Part shown: positions 57,660-64,000 of the stretch, one piece after another
How positions within the stretch are numbered: position 1 is the first letter of the stretch
Layout of the letters: every line of letters begins with the position of its first letter
NCBI GenBank assembly: GCA_051530055.1
Contig: CM121342.1
Location: 11,237,480 to 11,301,479 of the forward strand
Reading direction: 5' to 3'
Length of the DNA: 64,000 nt
From: Neoechinorhynchus agilis
Lineage: Eukaryota > Animalia > Acanthocephala
Notes under the pieces: model-generated
The model's database searches: none
Seen by the model: the letters and a program-made list of their open reading frames with translations, nothing else
Told to the model about the DNA's origin: nothing
Position numbers and translations under genes: made by a program

Positions 57660-58650
57660 TCGTTCAAAAACAAAACGGCCAACACTGGAGCAAGACTCTT
57701 CCCCATAGCCAACCCCGAACTTGCCGGTAGAGCTTGTTTCCATACCTGAAGAGATTGCATTTGAGGATCAAGCGTATTAGCCATATCACATCCACTATTT
57801 CAAGATCATGAAGGTTGAGCTCTCCTTTCCTCTCCAGTAATCTTCTCAAAATCGAAAAACATAAGTCGATATATATTAAAATCCTCTCGCCTGGAGTGCA
57901 AAGACTCAATCAGTCTCTATACATTTTGCATGTCCTTATCGTTTGATGAAGTGGACTAAGGTTCGCGGCTAACAGCTTTAAAATCATTTCCTTACGGTGA
58001 TCTTCGCTATCATCTTTCTCTGCCAGCTCATAAGCAATCCCATCTCCTAGTAATGTCGACATCATTCCCTAGTCCACACCTCGTCCGATCGCAACCAATT
58101 CGTCACCTTTTTCCATCACCCTTAGAGACTTATTTTCTCTTTTTAATTGCCTGTTCTTCAACTTTTCCCTCGTCGCTTTTCTTGCATCGCTTTTTCTCAT
58201 CTCGGCATTTGCTTATTAGCCTTATACCTTTAACTTTTCCCCGGCGACATTTACTTCGAAATTTTATACTTTTCCGCCACGTTTATTTTCTTTTGGCATA
58301 TCTTTCGCTACTTTTGGTTCCTTCAAACGTACACCTTTCAATGATCCTTAAGGTTAATTATGTACCTCTCCATCCATTTCCAACGTTTTGCGAATGTAAT
58401 TCAACAAAGTTTTTGCATTTCTCACATTTTTACCTTTTAAACATTAAAATTGTCACTTTATTTTTTGTATTGCTTTCGTTCCGTGCTTCTTGTACGAAAT
58501 GACCTCTTTGTGCCTTTTTTTACTTAAGTTCTTTGAGCTTTCTCCAATTTCATACTCATCTTTTTTTACTTCGTTCTTCTTATTGCTCTTTCCTGGGCAT
58601 TTTCGCATTAATCGTCTATTCTGGCGACATCGATAGCCCATAAATTTCAT
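57660..58650 (-). mobile_element. Degenerate PLE fragment
   Basis: LILKCNLFRYGNKLYRQVRG..GR.L matches the RT motif B region, with a Lys-rich N-terminal part. Confidence 0.65.
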
Positions 58651-59399
58651 GCAGTCAATTTCTGTGGGTTCTAAGGATTTGATGCATTGTAAATTGTGCG
58701 TATAGTCAAAGTTTTACGCAAATATCTTGCATTGATTGAACGGTCGTTCAAGATATATTGGTTTTGTGTGCTCATGACCGCCACGGCTATGTTGCTTTTA
58801 TATTTTTCGTGAAAAACAACGGAAAATTGGAAAACCTGTACTTTGGAATTTATCGTGTGAATGGACGACACCGAAGGTGATTGTAAAATCAATTGGTAAG
58901 TACTTATTTTAAGCGCGCTTTGTTGTTTAGGAACGGCTGAACCTTATTAGCAACTAGATTACATGATTTTTATTAACAATGAAAAGTTAACAGGGTTAGC
59001 AACAAAACGTTTCAGCAAAATTAAGCAAACCTGACAATTGATAAACTGGAAAAGCAGTAAAAACCAAGTCTAGACATCGTTTTGGTTTCCTTAAAAAATA
59101 CTATCACACGTCTCTATTTCTAAAGAAACGCTTTCACGCTACAGTGCTTAAAGTGAAAATAGAATTGCAATTTGTCTTTTCTGTATTTTAGTGAGCTAAC
59201 AAATGATTGCAAAATATAATCAGAGTATTGTCGATTCGATTGGTTGACAAAAAGATTGGATTACTTTGAGAACTTTGTCGCGCGATGAAAATGTACGAAT
59301 GTAATGAAGATTTATCAAACCATTTCATTCGTTACCACTATAGGTTTCTTATCGAAATAAGAAAATGATTGGCAGATCTGGGATTCGGAATAAACTTAT

Positions 59400-60200
59400 C
59401 TGCAGATATGATCTTTGGCAAAAAATAGCAGGCTATAACCTTTAAACTCATCAGTAGACTAATAACTGCGAGACATATCGATTAGTCCATTATAAACCTT
59501 CGTACCTATAAAGAGTTGTGTCTGCTATAAGTATGCGAATCTCGGATAAATCGATTATCTTTTTTATTGGGAGTGCGTTCCTCGCTACAAGTGAGTCATT
59601 CTGCAAAAGACTAACGCTATAAAAAGTGCGTGTACAGTAGGAAAAAACGATTCAGCTTACATTAGTATGTTCATCACAAGCGTCAGCGGAGTTCATGGGA
59701 CATTTATACGTATTGAGCAGGGTTCGGCGGTATGTACAAAATTTTGTTTCAGAGTTGCGATTGTTTCCATTCTAATTTCGCACACATTGAGCGGACGCCG
59801 AATCAAATAAGCCGTTCCTATTTGTTAAATTTTGCGTTTGCAACGATTTTTTCTGCATTGTAAAACTGAGCTTTCCTCTCCCTCTCTTGAAGAGATTGAG
59901 AGTCGGAAAAGAGTCTTTTGATGGTTAATTGTGAGATCGGACGTTTATGTCTCGAGCTGTCATGGGAAATTACGCTATTAAATGATATTTGAATAATCGA
60001 ATTCAAAGAAGGCTGCATTTTTCGATTTGGCAATTTCAGCGCTATGGTAGTTTTTGTTTGCGAAAGCAACTGTTCCACACGACGAACGTAATGTTCATTT
60101 TTGAGTGTGTGTGGATCTTCGTATGATGTACCCTGGTCGCGTTCGAATTGCTATAGAGCACTTCTTGACAAACCGGGATATAGATAAGATATGGATGATG
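59400..60200 (-). mobile_element. Degenerate PLE fragment
   Basis: DQGTSYEDPHTLKNEHYVRRVEQLLSQTKT resembles ADKG..VILDK.DY..K...LL.D. Confidence 0.45.
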
Positions 60201-62539
60201 ATGATGAAGATAAGAGAAAGCAAATACGCAAAATGACTACTTTAGGCTACCCCGCGTTCGTTTTTGGGTGCACCAAATTTGTTCTTATGTTTTCACGGGT
60301 TTCATTTTGAACACGTCTGCTCGTATGACAGAGAACTCGAGTTCTTGAAACGAACTGAAGTCTGGATGAGAGTGTAAATGAACATTGATTTGTAAGTCAA
60401 ATAATAGTTTCACAAAGTGATTGGGATCCAAGACGAAAAGGGCAAAATAATTTGCATATAATCACGTTCGTATTTCGATCGTCAAAAGCGGTGCAGCATA
60501 GCCTCGTTTTTCTCACAATGACTCTCACAACCGCTCACACGTGTCTCCCTGAGCCATCATCATCTGCTCACATGCTCTCCTCGCCGCCACCGCCGCCGTC
60601 GCTGCACTGCTACAGGGCGGAAGAGGAGGAGGAGGCATCTCGTAGATGCGACGGCGGCGGCGGTGGCAGCAACAGCAGCGGTGGTTAGACATTTTGGATA
60701 AGCGAAATGTTCCTAACACACACTGAAATAGTCAATGAGACGTCTTATCCTGGAAATAGTATCCTGATTTCCTTCAGATAGAAGAACTGTGCACGTCCTG
60801 GCTCCATGAGAGCGTCAACGACGAACAAAACCAAGGGAAACCATTCATCAATCTCCTTTAAAGAAAACCCGGGATAGATTAGGATAAGACAAGTAGGTAG
60901 CGATTTGTCAAACATACAATCCGCGTCCTATCAGGGCCGGAGAACTTATCCGGTTTCCTTAGATTTGCTAAACGAGAACCCCACCATCACAACCTCGTTG
61001 AACCTTACTAAGCTCACCTTGTTGTGGTTGTCTCACAAAATATGACCCTTTTCTCAATTTTGTAGGGTCTTTAAAAATCCGCTTTTGTTGTTTCAAGGAG
61101 CAAAAGAGAGATGGATGTACTCGCTCCTTGTTAAAACCTAATTTCTAGAGTAATTTATCGAATCCGGCACGCCTTTATCAAGGTTGTTTAAAGAAAGTGA
61201 TGTAACCTTTTCGTAACCAAAGTTCGTTAGCTGAAAGCTACATATAGTTATATTATTTCTAAATATTTTTAACACAATCTTGTGTAGGCCTCCGAAATAT
61301 CGGATTCGATAAATTGCATTTAATTTTCGGCCTCAAACCACTTCTTTAAGCACTTCTAAAAAAATAAGACCATATTTTTGGGAACACTTCCACCTAGTCT
61401 ACCTGCTGTTGTAAGTTGTCTGATGAGAAATGTCGTCTGTAATTGCGTTTCACTCGATGTGCATCTTACTCTTCTCAAAAGAAAAAACTATGACCTTGCC
61501 GGAGGCACTGTTGGATAATTCTGTCGAAATCCACACCGGAGCATCCTATTCTCAATGAATATCACGCATCGCCAAACGAACAAGGGTTTCATCGTCGACA
61601 TCGAGAGAGAGAGAAAAAAAGACGGAGAATACGAGTCTCCGTCAAGGTAAATCACACGCGTATTAGTATTCTACATTAATGTAGAGGTCTCCTAGGGCTA
61701 TTTTCACTTATATGAATCGGTCTTCATTAGCAATCAAAAGTACTGGTCCCTTCGCCTCTATTTTCACGGTTTCTATTGTCATCTAGCGATGAGGAAGAGA
61801 GTTTGGTTTGCACAGTTTTATCAATGATATATTTTACTTTAAACAGGAAATTTTGTGCTCTCTCGCTCAATTTAGATGCGACCAACCACGAATTTATGTA
61901 AATTTTTTAAACTCAATGGAATTCCTAAAGATCATAGAGCATGAAATCACGACCTCTTTGAGCCAAACGAACCGTTCTACAGTAACAGAAAACCAATAGA
62001 GCATAAAATGAACATATGAAAAGACGAGCGATTTACAGCATGTAAGCCGCCTAAAGACGCTTTCATTTCTTATCGACAAAATTCTAGAACTCGGAGTGAC
62101 GAAGAGTGTTTACAGAAGTGAGGATCTAATTGAACATTGTCAAAACTCAAAAGTGAACGCTCGAAATGGTTCAAACTCACACGTAAATGTCCATAGATTC
62201 GAGGTGAGTATTTGTGTGTGGTTGTGAATTTTTCGAATTTTACAACGACTCTTTGAGTCGTGGAAAGTAATGTCCTATGTAATAAAAATACCTTATAAAC
62301 AAAAAGAATTTCTTCGATCCGGCGCGAGTCTCTTAGTAGTGTTTTTACGTAAAAGTACACCCATTGAAACTACTACTCTACTTAAGAATATCGAGGCTTA
62401 CGTTTGATATATATATGAATATAGGGAAGGGGAAAAGGTTTCATCAGCAAAAAAATCACATTATTGGTAAGTTTACATAAAAAAAGGATTTTATCTACCA
62501 TAGAAAACTCAGATCGCTGTTTTAAACAAGAGTTTTTTG

Positions 62540-63398
62540 ATGGTCACTTTGGCCTTTCAGCGGTTATGGATGTTTTATCGACCGCAACAGTCCTGATTTC
62601 CCATGAATTTCTAGGTCTTATAGAACAAGCTTGTGCATTTTCCAAATATGAAATGCTGAGTTTAAAAGTATAGGGGAAACAAAATGTTTAAAGGCTGGGT
62701 TTTTAGGCAACGAAAAATGGTTGTTACCTTAATTATTACGAAAGCGTCTTTCCCTTAAAAATTTCTGGCCTGGCAGTTAACCGCAATCCGTCCAACCGAA
62801 TCAGTCACCACGGATTGAAATTAGTCTACTATGGAAACCTCAACTCGTTGTTGTGATTAAGGGTCTTATAGCTCAAGTTAAGAGGGATTTCTAACTATTT
62901 AAAATGAGCCTTTGTTGTTTAAAAGGTCACTTTGACCTGCGAGCGGTTGTTTTACTGACCGCAAAAGTCCTGATTTCCCATGAATCTCTCTGCTTAGAGT
63001 TTAGGTTGTGAATTTTCGAAATATGAAATGCTGAGTTTAAAAGTATAGAGGAAACAAAATGATTAAAAGCTGGGGGTTTTTAGGCAACGAAAAATGGTTG
63101 TTACCTTAATCACTACGAAAGCGTCTTTCCCTTAAAAATTTCTGGCCTGGGAGTTAACCGCAATCCGTCGAACCGAATTTGTCACCACGGATTGAAATTA
63201 ATCTACTATGGAAAACTCAACTCGTTGTTTTGACTAAGGGTCTTATAGCTCAAATTAAGGGGGATTTCTAACTATTTAAAATGAGCCTTTGTTGTTTAAA
63301 AGGTCACTTTGACCTGCGAGCGGTTGTTTTACTGACCGCAAAAGTCCTGATTTCCCATGAATCTCTCTGCTTAGAGTTTAGGTTGTGCATTTTCGAAA
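62540..63398. repeat. Tandem repeat, approx. 377-bp unit, approx. 2.3 copies
   Basis: ACCGCAA.AGTCCTGATTTCCCATGAAT starts at 62581, 62958 and 63335. Confidence 0.9.
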
Positions 63399-63559
63399 AC
63401 TTCAAGACGAAACAAGATGATTGAATTCATTTTTTGAATTATCCAACTAAGGATCTCGGTTTCGGATGAAGATTACTGACCTTGAGGTTTGTGTATGGCT
63501 ACCAGACAAACAGATGATTGCGATTTCTGAGTGTCAGTTGTCTTACGCCGTTTCAGAGT

Positions 63560-63700
63560 AAACAGAGACACACATTACTGTAGGAGGATGCCACCGGCAC
63601 CGCCGAAGTCGACCGGTCGAAGAAACAATTGCAAATCGTCAGCACCTATTGGTCCGGCGATGTTTCCGGGGGTGTGTGTGTTGTATTGCTCGGCGTCGGT
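63560..63700 (-). mobile_element. Possible non-LTR RT C-terminal remnant
   Basis: LQLFLRPVDFGGAGGI resembles the LP...GGLG motif of CRE/R2-type RT thumbs. Confidence 0.3.
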
Positions 63701-64000
63701 GATTCAATGGTCCATGTGTCATAATGTCTTAAAAAGCGGGTAGGAAAGACAGTTTGGTTGAGGAGGATACGTTTGAGGAAAAGTCGGGGCGAATGTCGCG
63801 TAACATTCCTTAGTCGAGAAGACGAAAAATGTACTTAATTGCGACTGATTGATTCCATGCGGTTGCGAAGTCGCCGAGCGCAATCGATTCCACCTGTCTT
63901 AAGGGCAGAGAGTAATAATGCACCGACGAGATAACTAATCCGCAGGCGCGTGCACGCTCCATCGGTTATGGGATGTAAATAGCCTCGTTCTCATTCGGTA

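Noticed and set aside
60452-60719. GC-rich ORFs with poly-Pro/Arg/Gly/Cys runs on both strands
   Set aside because: Low-complexity trinucleotide runs with no recognisable domain or supportable gene model.
62860-62900. TAGCTCAAGTTAAG resembling a tRNA D-arm/A-box
   Set aside because: No cloverleaf, T-loop or B-box. It is part of the 377-bp repeat.

Overview
AT-rich eukaryotic DNA, probably from a compact animal genome. Evidence for this is Penelope GIY-YIG retroelements, a C-type lectin/EGF membrane protein and very short GT-AG introns of about 45-65 nt. I recognise about 13 host genes: an ML/NPC2-like protein, RAD9, a bacterial-type Zn alcohol dehydrogenase, METAP2, PSMD1/Rpn2, THOC3, POLH, a CTLD-EGF-TM protein, an arrestin-fold protein, a micro-exon gene, SERCA, MED18 and one unknown. 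They are interspersed with degenerate Penelope, CRE and Gypsy retroelements, hammerhead motifs, MITEs and palindromes. The main observation is a second intron class. Eight insertions in six genes (RAD9, ADH x2, METAP2, PSMD1 x2, THOC3, arrestin-like) are bounded by imperfect, mutually unrelated terminal inverted repeats that would pair on the transcribed strand. In seven of the eight, the excision that best restores the conserved protein has no GT-AG ends. This points to a hairpin-defined, possibly spliceosome-independent splicing route used for fixed introns in housekeeping genes. All gene models, alignments and pairings were done by eye from memory of the families. Nothing was computed or searched.
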